In this document: positions 27,947 through 38,173 of the stretch, piece after piece | How positions within the stretch are numbered: the first letter of the stretch is position 1 | Layout: each line of letters opens with the position of its first letter | DNA from: Gemmatimonadota bacterium | GTDB taxonomy: Bacteria; Gemmatimonadota; Gemmatimonadetes; Gemmatimonadales; Gemmatimonadaceae | Direction of reading: 5' to 3' | DNA: 55,227 bases | Assembly (NCBI GenBank): GCA_040389905.1 | Contig: JAZJZK010000051.1 | Location: 1 to 55,227 of the forward strand | Notes under the pieces: model-generated | Told to the model about the DNA's origin: nothing | Database searches by the model: none | Seen by the model: the letters and a program-made list of their open reading frames with translations, nothing else | Program-made: the position numbers and the translations under genes

Positions 27947-29152
27947 CTAACTCTGCGGCGCCTGGACCATACCGTTACCGACGTCGTGCACAGTCATCCC
28001 GCTCGCCATGCCGTCCATTGTCGCGCGACCGGTAAGATTATCGGACAACTGACGCGCGCCACGTGGCCCGCTCTTCGAGAGTTTCTCCGCCCACAGCGCG
28101 GCGACTCCGGCGACGTGCGGAGTGGCCATGCTCGTGCCGCTCATCGACGTGACGCCCCCGCCACGTCGTGCGGACACGATGTCAACGCCAGGGGCTGCGA
28201 GCCGCGCGCCGACATTCGAGAATGGTGCCACGATGTAACCCTGCGGGCTGTTACCGACGGCCGCGACCGAGATGAATCCATCGGCGACCGCGGGCGGGCT
28301 GACAGCAATCTGGAAGTCCGGATTCTCGTCGCGGCGGCTTTCGTTTCCGGCTGCCGCGACGAGTAACGCCGACCGCGCGAAGGCCTCCTGCGCGGCAATA
28401 AAGGACGCGAGTCGCTCGAAGAGCCGCAAGTTGGCGCGATAACCGTCGAGCGCCATGGACGTCGCGAGCTCCGTCGGAACGCCCTCCTCTTCGAGCTCCT
28501 TTACATAACCCGGAAAGTCCATGCCGAGTGACATGGAGATCACATTGGCGCCAGTGGACACGGCCCACTGGATCGCGTCGATGATGACGTCGCTACCCCC
28601 GCCCTTTCCTCCGAGCACTTTGCCCGCGAGCAATTTCGTGACACCGCGCGCGACGCCGATCCGTTTGCCCTCCACATCGCGACCGAGAATCGTTCCGGTG
28701 CAGTGTGTCCCGTGACCATCCTCGTCCTCGTCGCTCGCGTCCGTGAAGTTCCTGCGCACGACCTCCACACCAGCGAACGCGCGATGTGCTGCATCGACGC
28801 CGGTGTCGAGGACCGCGACCACGATGCCGTTTCCGGTGAATGGGGACGTATGCGCACCGACTGCTTCGACGCCCCACGCCGTCTGTGCCGCCGAGAGTTC
28901 ACCGGCTCCGGTCGCGAGCCGCAGCGGAGCGATGAGCTTCATCGGAAACACGGGTGCGATGCCCATGATCTCCGGCTTTCGCGCCAGTTCCGCCGCTGCA
29001 CGCGGCGCGAACTCGCCGACTTCGACTCGCGGGAGTGTCGCCGGAGGAGCCGCACCACGGACTGCACCGCGCATTCCCCGTCGGGTGGCCTTTGGCATGG
29101 CGAACTTCTGGTGTTCCTCGGGACCGCGGAGGATCACATACCGAAGCGACAT
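27947..29152 (-). CDS. S8 subtilisin-like serine protease, no signal peptide
   Basis: VAVLDTG, HGTH, AAAGNE, GTSMATPHVAG; start re-assigned to 29152 (GAGGA RBS). Confidence 0.92.
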   Translation of the reverse strand: MSLRYVILRGPEEHQKFAMPKATRRGMRGAVRGAAPPATLPRVEVGEFAPRAAAELARKPEIMGIAPVFPMKLIAPLRLATGAGELSAAQTAWGVEAVGAHTSPFTGNGIVVAVLDTGVDAAHRAFAGVEVVRRNFTDASDEDEDGHGTHCTGTILGRDVEGKRIGVARGVTKLLAGKVLGGKGGGSDVIIDAIQWAVSTGANVISMSLGMDFPGYVKELEEEGVPTELATSMALDGYRANLRLFERLASFIAAQEAFARSALLVAAAGNESRRDENPDFQIAVSPPAVADGFISVAAVGNSPQGYIVAPFSNVGARLAAPGVDIVSARRGGGVTSMSGTSMATPHVAGVAALWAEKLSKSGPRGARQLSDNLTGRATMDGMASGMTVHDVGNGMVQAPQS

Positions 29153-29375
29153 ACGTCCTCGATCGATGAAGTGGACAGCGACGGCGCACTCGCAGTGATG
29201 CTCGGCCGTGGAGGCTGCGTAAGATAGGCCCGAGCGATCGATGGGCAATGCGGATAACGCATGGCATCTCCACGCGACGGGCACCAACTTCGTTACCAAC
29301 GCGTCCGTCAGGTGCACGGCATGCTCACACCCGTAAGAGGCCTGACCAACAGCACGCTGCACATGGAGATCCCAA

Positions 29376-31772
29376 ATGAGCGACGACACGCCAGCTGACG
29401 AGCGTTTGGCCACACACCAGGAGGCTGTGGACCTTCTCCGGCAGCTCGGTCACACGTCTCACCCTGCGTACACGGTCGCGTTGCTGCTCCTGGCCGAGGA
29501 AAATGCACGATGCGGCCATTCCGCAATTGCCGAGGCCCAATCACGCATTGCCTTGGCCATCCGAGCGCACATCGGCGGCGGGGACGACCGCCACACGGCG
29601 CTTGCAACCACGCGATTGGCGATGACGGGGCGCCCGGCCGCGGAGTCCGACGCAATGGCGTCGTTCATGAACCTGCCCGGCGAGCACCTAACGCATCTGT
29701 ATCAGTACGCCAAACTGTCTTTGGCGAGCGAAATGTCAGAGTGGGCGACAGCTCTCTTGTTCGAGCTCCTCTACCATTCGCGAAATGACGCGGCTCACGC
29801 GCGCCTGCACGTTCAGGTTTCGCTGGAGCTTGCGCAGATTGGCATTCGCGGTGGCGTGGCTGCAGCGAGACATGGCATGCCCGCTGAAGCCATCTTTGAG
29901 AGTGCGGAGGGTCTCATCGACGAGGCACTGGACGCGCACCGCAAGGCCGGAGGCGCCGCTGCCTTGGAGCGCGCGTTGGGAGACAGAGGCGAAAACGCGC
30001 CGGATCGGTACTTGGAACGTGCGGCCGTGCTTCGGGCCGAGCTGGCCGGCGCGCGCGGACATCGCGAGGACTCCTATGAGGCCCATCGCGTGGCGTCGGG
30101 ACTGCGGGCGAGATGGCGTACCGCCACCTCGCCATTCGAGGGGTACGCCGTGCACAACGTCTCGATGTGCATTGCCACGGGGCGATGGCAGGAGGCGTCG
30201 GCAGCATTGGAGGAATGGTCGACGGCGGACGATGAACAGCTCGATCGCGTCCTCGGGGGCGAGACCGAAGAGCGATTGATGGAGTATCTCAATCATTATC
30301 GCATCCTTACGCTGATTGCGATCTCGGGAGCCGCGCGCCACGATGCGACTGCGCAGTTTCGCGTTCATGCAATGAATATGGTTTTGCGGCGAAAGATGAT
30401 CGTCGCGGATGCCTTGCGTATGCGACAGGCGTTGCGGACGACCCCGGGCCAGTCGGATACGCTCGACGGCGACACCCCTGATACGGCTGGATTTGGGCTG
30501 CGGGGTGTTGATTGTGGCCGCGTCGCGCGAGCGCTCCAACCAGGGCAAGCCCTCGTCGAGATCGTCCGTGCTCCCATCGCGGACTTCACCGCAACTCCGG
30601 CGCAGCGCTCCTTCTGGTCTGCCGCGCGCTATCTCGCCTTCGTACTTCAACCAGACCGCGCTGCGGATATCCTCGTCATGGATATCGGCGATGCGCGAGA
30701 GATCGAGATGGCTATCTGGGAATGGCTTCGGCACATGCCAGGCATGCTGGACAATGATGGACGCCTGGATGGTACAGCGGACCAGGATCTCCTGGACGCC
30801 CTGAACCCTGACACCAACCTCGGGCTTCTTTCAGTCACGTATTCTGGCGTGGCGCTTCGACAGCTGCTGGTTGATCCCATTTTGGAGCGCGTCGGCCCGG
30901 TGGACAAGCTGATCGTCGCGCCCGACGGCTTGATGTGCGCCGTGCCGTTGGGCGCACTTCCCGACGTCGTCGACACATGCGTTATCCAGTATCTCTCGAG
31001 CGGTCGTGATATCCTCCGGTCGTATGATCCCGACGTCCCTCGCAACCCGCCAGTCGTTATGGCGAACCCGGAGTACGGGCTGCCGGAGGACGTGCGAGGC
31101 AACGTCGCTGATCTGCGTGAAGACTGGCGTGTTCCCTTCGAGCCACTTCCAGCGACTCACGAGGAAGGGTTGGCTCTGTCTCACATGCTGCAGGTACCCC
31201 TGTGGTTCGGGAACAATGCGACAAAAGCGCGAGTGATGGCGCCGCCCGCTCCTCGAATACTCCACATTGCCACACACGGCTACTATCGGCCGCTGGACGA
31301 CCCGCGAAGTGCCACTCCCTTCGAGTTGCTGAGGCGGTGCGGCCTCGCCCTCGCTGGAGCGAACTGCACATCGTTCGATGAGCCATCCAGGGACGACGAC
31401 GGACTGCTCACCGCAGAGGATGTCACGCGTCTCGACCTACGCGGCACGGCGTTGGTCGTCCTGTCGGCATGTGAGACTGGTCTCGGTGCCATTCGCGCTG
31501 ATGAGGGTGTCTTCGGCCTGCGACGCGCCTTCATCATCGCAGGCGCGCGGGCGCTTGTCGTTAGCCTCTGGAGCGTCCCTGATTCCGAGACACGTGATCT
31601 CATGCTGTCGTTCTACGAGCACCTTACACGAGGGATGGGAGCCGCAACGGCCTTGTCGGTTGCACAGCAGGAAATGCGCAGGAAGAAAGAGCACCCGTAC
31701 TTCTGGGCGGCTTTCATCTGCATCGGCGACGATACGCCGCTCGATGATTGGGGTATTGCCTGCCGGAGCTAA
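29376..31772 (+). CDS. CHAT-domain (caspase-like) protein with N-terminal TPR-like helical region
   Basis: IVAPDG, HIATHG and VVLSACETGLG catalytic dyad, VSLWSV, HPYFWAAF. Confidence 0.9.
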   Translation: MSDDTPADERLATHQEAVDLLRQLGHTSHPAYTVALLLLAEENARCGHSAIAEAQSRIALAIRAHIGGGDDRHTALATTRLAMTGRPAAESDAMASFMNLPGEHLTHLYQYAKLSLASEMSEWATALLFELLYHSRNDAAHARLHVQVSLELAQIGIRGGVAAARHGMPAEAIFESAEGLIDEALDAHRKAGGAAALERALGDRGENAPDRYLERAAVLRAELAGARGHREDSYEAHRVASGLRARWRTATSPFEGYAVHNVSMCIATGRWQEASAALEEWSTADDEQLDRVLGGETEERLMEYLNHYRILTLIAISGAARHDATAQFRVHAMNMVLRRKMIVADALRMRQALRTTPGQSDTLDGDTPDTAGFGLRGVDCGRVARALQPGQALVEIVRAPIADFTATPAQRSFWSAARYLAFVLQPDRAADILVMDIGDAREIEMAIWEWLRHMPGMLDNDGRLDGTADQDLLDALNPDTNLGLLSVTYSGVALRQLLVDPILERVGPVDKLIVAPDGLMCAVPLGALPDVVDTCVIQYLSSGRDILRSYDPDVPRNPPVVMANPEYGLPEDVRGNVADLREDWRVPFEPLPATHEEGLALSHMLQVPLWFGNNATKARVMAPPAPRILHIATHGYYRPLDDPRSATPFELLRRCGLALAGANCTSFDEPSRDDDGLLTAEDVTRLDLRGTALVVLSACETGLGAIRADEGVFGLRRAFIIAGARALVVSLWSVPDSETRDLMLSFYEHLTRGMGAATALSVAQQEMRRKKEHPYFWAAFICIGDDTPLDDWGIACRS

Positions 31773-31870
31773 TCAGCGACGAAGCCGCGGCGGCCGCCAC
31801 GTGGAGCCCCTCGCGGAGTCCGTGGTGAGGAGGATTGCATCCGCGACACACGTCGCCTTGCTTTCCATGC

Positions 31871-33604
31871 ATGTCCTTCGTCGCACCCGCGGCCGCAATG
31901 TCGGAGCTGTATGCTGCCCTGCTTCAAGCGGTAATCACCGCTGGCCTCGCGCTCCTCTGTGCATTTCTCTATCGGCAATACCGCCGCCGGTACTTTTTTG
32001 CCTTCGGGATCGCGCTCGGCATTTACGCGGTGCGCATCGGAGCGATTGCCGGCTTCCTGACGACGGGCCGCGCCGAATTTCTCTATCTGCACCAGGTGCT
32101 CACGGGATGGACTGCGCTGGCACTCTTGTGGAGCGCGCTGCTCGTGTCCCAGCAGCCGCGGTGGCGGTGGGCGTATCTGTCGCTCGTGCTGTTTCCGCCA
32201 CTCTGGTCGTACGTCGCCATCTACCGGATGAAGAACTTTCTCCTGGCGGCGGGCCCGGCGGTGATCTTCCTCGCGCTCGCCACGTGGGCGACGGGAATCG
32301 TCTTCTTTCGCTATTGGCGGCGCAACGATGCACAGGGCGCCGGCGTCCTCGCAGCGGCCTTTCTCCTCTGGGGCGTGCATCACCTGGACTACCCGTTGCT
32401 CCGCGCGCGCGGAGCGTGGAGCCCATGGGGGTACTACCTCGACATCTGCTTCCTGCTGGCCATCGGCGTCGGGGTCATGTTGCTCGTGCAGGACGATCTG
32501 CGGCGCGGACTGTCCACACTCTCGGTCATGTCGGGCGAACTCCAGCGAGGCGAGGGAGATCGCGACTCCATCGGCGTGCTCCTCCAACGACCACTGGCTC
32601 TGGGCGGGGTACGCGGTAGTGCGCTCTTTCTGAGCGGTGCCGGCCGTTTCGTGCGCGCGATTGGCGCCTGCGCCGACTGGTCCGACACGGAGCCCGTGGG
32701 CGCGGTGCGCGACGCGATCGCGAACGGCGTGACGAGCGGACGGCCAGCGGTGACACGTCACCACGATGCGCACCGGTATGTCGCGGTGCTTCCCATCCTG
32801 CGCGGATCGCACGCGGCTGGAGCGCTCGTCATCGTCGGCGACGAGCGCGATCCATTCACCTCGTTGGGGGAATCGTTTCTCATCGCATTGGGACAACAGG
32901 TGGGCGCCGCACTGGAGAACGGAGATCTCTACGATCGGCTCGCCACGCGCACGCGCCAACTCGAACACCTCGGCGCGCGCATGGTGCGCCAGCACGAGGA
33001 GGAACGCCGGCAGCTCTCGCTCGAGTTGCACGACGAGACAGCGCAGGTCTTTTCGGCGCTGAAGATGCAGCTCGGCCTCGTCCGCGAGCGCGCGGAGCCT
33101 GAGCTCTCCGCCAGCCTGGATCACGCGCTCGCGCTCGTCGATGAAGGCATTCGCAGCATTCGAAGCGTGACGAGTCATCTCCGGCCGCCGCTACTCGACG
33201 ACCTCGGCCTGCTCCCTGCGCTCCGGGCACTCGCATCCGACTTCGCCGAACGAAGCGGGCTCGCCATCACGATTGAATCACCCGACATACTTCCCCCGTT
33301 GACCGACGACGCAGAGCTTGCGATGTTCCGCGCGTTGCAGGAGGCGTTGTCCAACGTCGCTCGGCACGCGTCTGCTCGCTTGGTGCATGCCGCCGTGACG
33401 CATGACAACGCATCGGTCTCCCTTCTCGTTCGGGATGACGGCCAAGGTCTCGACGCGGCAGATATGGCTCGCGAAGGCCACACGGGACTGGCAGGAATGC
33501 GGGAGCGCATGGCATCACTCGGCGGAACGATGACCGTTGCGAACGCGCCCACCGGCGGCGTCGAGGTCAGCGTTCGCGTTCCAGCGAAGGGGCTCACGTC
33601 ATGA
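31871..33604 (+). CDS. Membrane sensor histidine kinase (multi-TM, GAF-like, HisKA_3)
   Basis: About 7 hydrophobic helices; EERRQLSLELHDE H-box, QEALSNVARH N-box, DDGQG, GLAGMRER. Confidence 0.92.
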   Translation: MSFVAPAAAMSELYAALLQAVITAGLALLCAFLYRQYRRRYFFAFGIALGIYAVRIGAIAGFLTTGRAEFLYLHQVLTGWTALALLWSALLVSQQPRWRWAYLSLVLFPPLWSYVAIYRMKNFLLAAGPAVIFLALATWATGIVFFRYWRRNDAQGAGVLAAAFLLWGVHHLDYPLLRARGAWSPWGYYLDICFLLAIGVGVMLLVQDDLRRGLSTLSVMSGELQRGEGDRDSIGVLLQRPLALGGVRGSALFLSGAGRFVRAIGACADWSDTEPVGAVRDAIANGVTSGRPAVTRHHDAHRYVAVLPILRGSHAAGALVIVGDERDPFTSLGESFLIALGQQVGAALENGDLYDRLATRTRQLEHLGARMVRQHEEERRQLSLELHDETAQVFSALKMQLGLVRERAEPELSASLDHALALVDEGIRSIRSVTSHLRPPLLDDLGLLPALRALASDFAERSGLAITIESPDILPPLTDDAELAMFRALQEALSNVARHASARLVHAAVTHDNASVSLLVRDDGQGLDAADMAREGHTGLAGMRERMASLGGTMTVANAPTGGVEVSVRVPAKGLTS

Positions 33605-34302
33605 GCAGCGCGGAACGCGATTCGATCCGCGTCCTCATCGCCGATGATCACGCGCTCGTGCGCGAGGGACTCCGCCATGTGCTCTCGGTGACTCCCGGAT
33701 TCGACGTCGTCGGCGAAGCGGGCAGCGGCGCCGAGACCCTCGCGGAGGCGTCGCGACTCGCACCAGACGTCGTGGTGCTCGACATCTCGATGCCGCACGG
33801 CAGTGGCCTGGAAGTCGCCGCTGAATTGCGCGTGGTGCTTCCGGCGACGCGAATCCTTGTCCTGAGCATGCACGATCACGAGCAGTACGTACTCGAGAGC
33901 GTACGGGCGGGCGCGCACGGCTATCTGCGCAAGGACTCCTCGCCCGCGGAGCTGCGCGACGGCATCCGCGCAGTCGCGCGAGGTGACACGTTTTTCACGG
34001 CACCCGTCGCGAGTCAACTCAGCGCCGCAATTCGTGGCGAGGCATCGCGCGATGCCCGCACCAACAAACTCGCGTCGCTCACCGCGCGGGAAAAGGACGT
34101 TCTGCTCGGCGTTGTCGCCGGCGAAACCAACAAGGACATTGCCGCGCGGCTCCGTATCAGTCCTCGCACCGTGGAGTCGCACCGGGAGAATCTCATGCGC
34201 AAGCTGGAGATCCGCAGCGTCGCCGGCCTCACACGATTTGCGGTGGATGAAGGCCTGCTTGCCAGCGAGCCAGCGCGCGACCTGCGACCGCCGTCTCCGT
34301 AG
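33601..34302 (+). CDS. NarL/LuxR-family response regulator
   Basis: LIADDH, VLDISMP, LSMH, GYLRK; LTAREKDVL…ISPRTVESHR HTH. Confidence 0.95.
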   Translation: MSSAERDSIRVLIADDHALVREGLRHVLSVTPGFDVVGEAGSGAETLAEASRLAPDVVVLDISMPHGSGLEVAAELRVVLPATRILVLSMHDHEQYVLESVRAGAHGYLRKDSSPAELRDGIRAVARGDTFFTAPVASQLSAAIRGEASRDARTNKLASLTAREKDVLLGVVAGETNKDIAARLRISPRTVESHRENLMRKLEIRSVAGLTRFAVDEGLLASEPARDLRPPSP

Positions 34303-34334
34303 TTCTACGGATGCACGGTCCGTAGGCTCACGAA
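34296..34334. promoter_or_regulatory. Probable NarL-type binding sites upstream of the TonB receptor
   Basis: TCCGTAG-TT-CTACGGA inverted repeat (34296-34311) and degenerate copy TCCGTAG-GC-TCACGAA (34319-34334). Confidence 0.65.
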
Positions 34335-34366
34335 TGCCGGAGCAGATGCGGAGTTGGTAGAGTGCG

Positions 34367-36583
34367 ATGTCGCCTCACTCCCACTCGACTCCCGTGCATC
34401 GCATACATTCGCGCCACCTCGCAACGTCGTTCTTCGTGTTTGCCGCGTTTTTTGTACTGCCCGCCGCGGCGCACGCGCAAGATTCCTCCCGCGTCAGCGA
34501 TTCCACGCGCGCCCGCCGGCTCGGCGCCGTCACGGTCACCGCTACACGCACGCCAACCGACCTGTTCAACACGCCGGCGCCGGTCAACGTGATCGACAGC
34601 GCGTCCATCCGCGAACGACAGCCGAACACGGCGGCCGACCTCTTCCGCAACGAGCCAGGGCTCGACGTCAACGGTGTTGGTACGAATCAGATCCGTCCAA
34701 CGATTCGAGGACTGCGCGGCCAACGCATCCTCCTTCTCGAGGACGGGCTGCGCATGAACAACTCGCGCCGCCAACAAGATTTCGGCGAGCTCCCCGCGCT
34801 CGTGGACGTGAACGATCTCCAGCGCATCGAGGTTGTGCGCGGCCCGCTCTCCGTTCTCTATGGAACGGATGCAATCGGCGGTGTCGTCAATCTGATCACG
34901 AGCGACGCGCCCGGGGCAAATTCGACACCCGGAGTGCACGGACTCCTGGGCTACCGTCACGCCTCTGCCGACGACCAGAAGCGGCCCTACGGCATGCTCG
35001 AACAACACGTGGGCGCATTTGGGCTTCGCGTGAGCGGATCGTACCGCGACGCGGAGAGCTACAACGCGCCATCCGGCTCGTTCGGTGCGGTGAAGTTCGG
35101 CGGTCAGACGCGCGTGAATGACACGGGGGTGCGAGATCACAACCTCTCGGCGCAAGCCGCGTGGGACGTGAGCGCGCGGCAGCGCGTCTTCATGAAGGGT
35201 GAGACGTACCACGCGAACGACGCGGGATTCGGTTACGTCGATCCGGCGGTCTTCGGCGCCGACCAGCCGCTGATCCAGATTCGCTACCCCAAGCAGAACG
35301 TGGACAAGTACACGCTTGGCTATCGGGCGAGCGGACTGGGCTCCGTTTTCGCCGACCGGGCTGAAGTGACGACATTCTTCTCGCGCAACACCCGCGATCT
35401 CGACCAACACATCTTCGTTCCGTTCGGCCCGGGTACGCCGCCGGGAGCGGGTGTCGATATCACGACGCACAACTTTACGGACCTGGCGACATTGGGCGGT
35501 CGTGCCGAAGCGACGAAGGTACTGTCTGGAGGCCATGTGCTGACGTATGGCGCCGACGTCTATCGCGATCAGTCGGACAACACTGACACCAGCACCACGA
35601 GCGTCGTTGGTTTCGGCCCGCCGCATCCGAGTGGCGACGGCACCTCCAAGGTTCCGAATGCCACGTTCCGCACAGCCGGTGTTTTCGTCCAGACGCGGCT
35701 TGCCATCGCCGAACCCCTGACCGTCATCCTGGGCGCGCGTGCGCAGGATGTGCAAGCCGATACGCGCCCAACGGGCATGTCGACCGCGCCGCTGGTGTCG
35801 AGCCATGAGCGTCCCGTCGTCGGCACGGCGAGCGCGCTCTATCAGGTGATCCCGCAGTTGAATGTGATTGCATCGGTGGGCCGAGGCTTCCGCACGGCGA
35901 ACCTGATCGAGCGCTTCTTCGAGGGGCCGACGCCGGAGGGATCGGGTTATCAGCGCGCGAATCCCAATCTCGGGGCGGAGACGAGCCTCAATCTCGATTT
36001 CGGCGTGCGCGCGCGCTCCGGGCCGTTGTTCGCGGAGGCATTCGTTTTCCGCAACGACTTGCGTGACGGCATCGCCATCGCGCCAACGGGCGACAGCGTC
36101 AACAAGGTTCCGGCGTTCAGGAACGTGAACGTCGGCCAGCTACGCTATCAGGGCGGAGAGGGACAAGTCGGCGCGACAATCTTGAATCGGATCACGGCGG
36201 TCGCGAGCTTCTCGCGCCTCACGTCGACGAACGTGGAGAGCCCGCTCAGCCCCATCGGAGACAGCTATTCCAGGAAGGCGACGGGAGACATCACCTATCG
36301 TGACCCCGACAATCGCTTCTGGGCCGGCTATGTGGTGCGTCATAATGGCGAGCAGGGGAGTATCGCGGCGGGAAGCTCGCCAGTGGGGCTGGTGATTCCG
36401 TCGTTCACCGTCCACTCGCTGCGCGGTGGCGTGACCGTGCTGGAGGGCCACGGCATGCGCCATACGCTCACGCTCGCGGCGGATAACCTCACGAATACGC
36501 TCTACTCGGAGTTCTCGAACGCCAGCTTCTTCCGCCCCGAGACGGGCCGGAATCTCATCGTGTCGTACGCGATCGGGTTCTGA
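34367..36583 (+). CDS. TonB-dependent outer-membrane receptor (heme/hemoglobin-receptor-like)
   Basis: Signal peptide, VTVTATR, plug IEVVRGPLSVLYGTDAIGGVVNLIT, FRTA…NPNL motifs, C-terminal Phe. Confidence 0.92.
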   Translation: MSPHSHSTPVHRIHSRHLATSFFVFAAFFVLPAAAHAQDSSRVSDSTRARRLGAVTVTATRTPTDLFNTPAPVNVIDSASIRERQPNTAADLFRNEPGLDVNGVGTNQIRPTIRGLRGQRILLLEDGLRMNNSRRQQDFGELPALVDVNDLQRIEVVRGPLSVLYGTDAIGGVVNLITSDAPGANSTPGVHGLLGYRHASADDQKRPYGMLEQHVGAFGLRVSGSYRDAESYNAPSGSFGAVKFGGQTRVNDTGVRDHNLSAQAAWDVSARQRVFMKGETYHANDAGFGYVDPAVFGADQPLIQIRYPKQNVDKYTLGYRASGLGSVFADRAEVTTFFSRNTRDLDQHIFVPFGPGTPPGAGVDITTHNFTDLATLGGRAEATKVLSGGHVLTYGADVYRDQSDNTDTSTTSVVGFGPPHPSGDGTSKVPNATFRTAGVFVQTRLAIAEPLTVILGARAQDVQADTRPTGMSTAPLVSSHERPVVGTASALYQVIPQLNVIASVGRGFRTANLIERFFEGPTPEGSGYQRANPNLGAETSLNLDFGVRARSGPLFAEAFVFRNDLRDGIAIAPTGDSVNKVPAFRNVNVGQLRYQGGEGQVGATILNRITAVASFSRLTSTNVESPLSPIGDSYSRKATGDITYRDPDNRFWAGYVVRHNGEQGSIAAGSSPVGLVIPSFTVHSLRGGVTVLEGHGMRHTLTLAADNLTNTLYSEFSNASFFRPETGRNLIVSYAIGF

Positions 36584-36595
36584 CGCGCGCGACGC

Positions 36596-37351
36596 GTGAT
36601 TCCTGACCTAGCGATGCATACGCCCATCGAATACATCCCGATTCTCACGACGGTAGTCGCGTTGCTGTTTGCAACGGCCGTTCTCCGCCGGTATCGAACG
36701 CGCGGTGGCATCCACTTACTGTGGTGGGGCATCGGGATGCTCACGTATGCAGCGGGTACCATCACGGAATCCCTTACGACGCTGATGGGTTGGCATGAGT
36801 CGGTTTTCCGTATCTGGTACATCACCGGCGCGCTGCTCGGTGGCGCGCCATTGGCGCAGGGGTCCGTGTATCTGCTCTTGTCGCGACGAAAGGCCAACGC
36901 CCTGACCATTGCGCTGGTCTCGATGATCGCGATCGCCGCAACCTTTGTCCTGATTACCCCGATCAACTACGCGCTGGTCGAGCCGTTCCGGCCGTCAGGC
37001 AAGGTGATCGCCTGGCATTGGGTGCGGCTGTTCTCGCCCTTCATCAATTTGTACGCAGTGATCTTTCTCGTCGGCGGCGCGATTCTCTCCGCCTGGCGGT
37101 ATCGGACGAGCGTAGAAACGCGGCATCGGCTGATCGGGAACATCTACATCGCGATCGGCGCGATCCTGCCTGGGATCGGGGGCACGTTCACTCGTTTCGG
37201 TCACGTTGAGGTGCTTTACGTGACGGAGTTCATCGGCCTCGTCCTCATTTACACGGGCTACCGCTACAATATTGCGAAGCCGCGCGCTTTGGCTTCGACG
37301 GCTGCTTCGTCGTCCGGCCCGGTGGACTCGTTACACCAGCAGCGGCCGTAA
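36596..37351 (+). CDS. Multi-pass membrane protein, function unknown
   Basis: About 7 TM helices; directly after the receptor; start may be ATG 36614. Confidence 0.8.
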   Translation: MIPDLAMHTPIEYIPILTTVVALLFATAVLRRYRTRGGIHLLWWGIGMLTYAAGTITESLTTLMGWHESVFRIWYITGALLGGAPLAQGSVYLLLSRRKANALTIALVSMIAIAATFVLITPINYALVEPFRPSGKVIAWHWVRLFSPFINLYAVIFLVGGAILSAWRYRTSVETRHRLIGNIYIAIGAILPGIGGTFTRFGHVEVLYVTEFIGLVLIYTGYRYNIAKPRALASTAASSSGPVDSLHQQRP

Positions 37352-37564
37352 CCGGAACACCACCCGCCGGCCCCGCCCGGCGGCTCTGGTGCGCGCGACT
37401 GTCGGGATCTACCTGCGCTGCGAAGGGGCCGAACACGGTGCGCGGATGGTCCATCCTAACACTCGCTTCCGCTCGTGCGGGATGTCACCATTTTTCGCCG
37501 TGCGCGCTCCTGTCCGATTGGGCGAGGATACAGCGCGTACCGGTCCATCATCCCGTGCATCCCC

Positions 37565-38173
37565 ATGGCCCCTGTCATTCCCGATCCCACGAAAATCAAG
37601 AGCTTCAAGACCCAGGCCGCGTTCGAACGCTGGCTTGCAAAGAACCACGCGCGCGAAAGCGAAATCTGGGTGAAGATCTACAAGAAAGGCTCCGGTGTGC
37701 CGTCGGTCACGGCGGCCGAGGCGCTCGACGTGGCGCTGTGCTGGGGGTGGATCGATGCGATGGCCAAGGGACTCGACGAGGAATCGTACCTCCAACGCTA
37801 TACGCCACGCCGCGCGAAAAGCATCTGGAGCCAGGTCAATCGCGATAACATCGCTCGGTTGACTGCTGCCGGTCGCATGACGGAGCATGGCCAGCGGCAG
37901 GTGGATGCGGCAATCGCTGATGGCCGATGGGCGGCGGCGTATGCCCCGGTGCGCAATGCGAGCGCGGACACCATTCCGGCCGACTTGCGTTCTGCGATCG
38001 AGGCGAACCCCGCCGCACTCGCGATGTTCAAGACCCTCGACAAGATGAACCTCTTTTCGTTGATCTTTCGCACGAACAACATGAAGACGGAAGCGGGGCG
38101 CGCGAGGAAGATAGCGACGCTGGTCGCCATGCTCGCACGAGGGGAATCGATCGTGCCTGAGAGACGGCGCTGA
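37565..38173 (+). CDS. YdeI/OmpD-associated family protein
   Basis: FERWLAKNH, ALCWGWID, YTPRRAKSIWSQVN, IPADL, KTEAGRARKI; start re-assigned to 37565. Confidence 0.88.
   Translation: MAPVIPDPTKIKSFKTQAAFERWLAKNHARESEIWVKIYKKGSGVPSVTAAEALDVALCWGWIDAMAKGLDEESYLQRYTPRRAKSIWSQVNRDNIARLTAAGRMTEHGQRQVDAAIADGRWAAAYAPVRNASADTIPADLRSAIEANPAALAMFKTLDKMNLFSLIFRTNNMKTEAGRARKIATLVAMLARGESIVPERRR

Noticed and set aside
29153..29413. 86-aa N-terminal extension of the S8 ORF (start 29413)
   Set aside because: Overlaps the divergent CHAT start and looks non-protein-like; a better RBS-preceded ATG lies at 29152
29376..31772. CHAT protein as a type III-E CRISPR Craspase (Csx29) component
   Set aside because: No Cas7-11, csx30/31 or CRISPR array in the window
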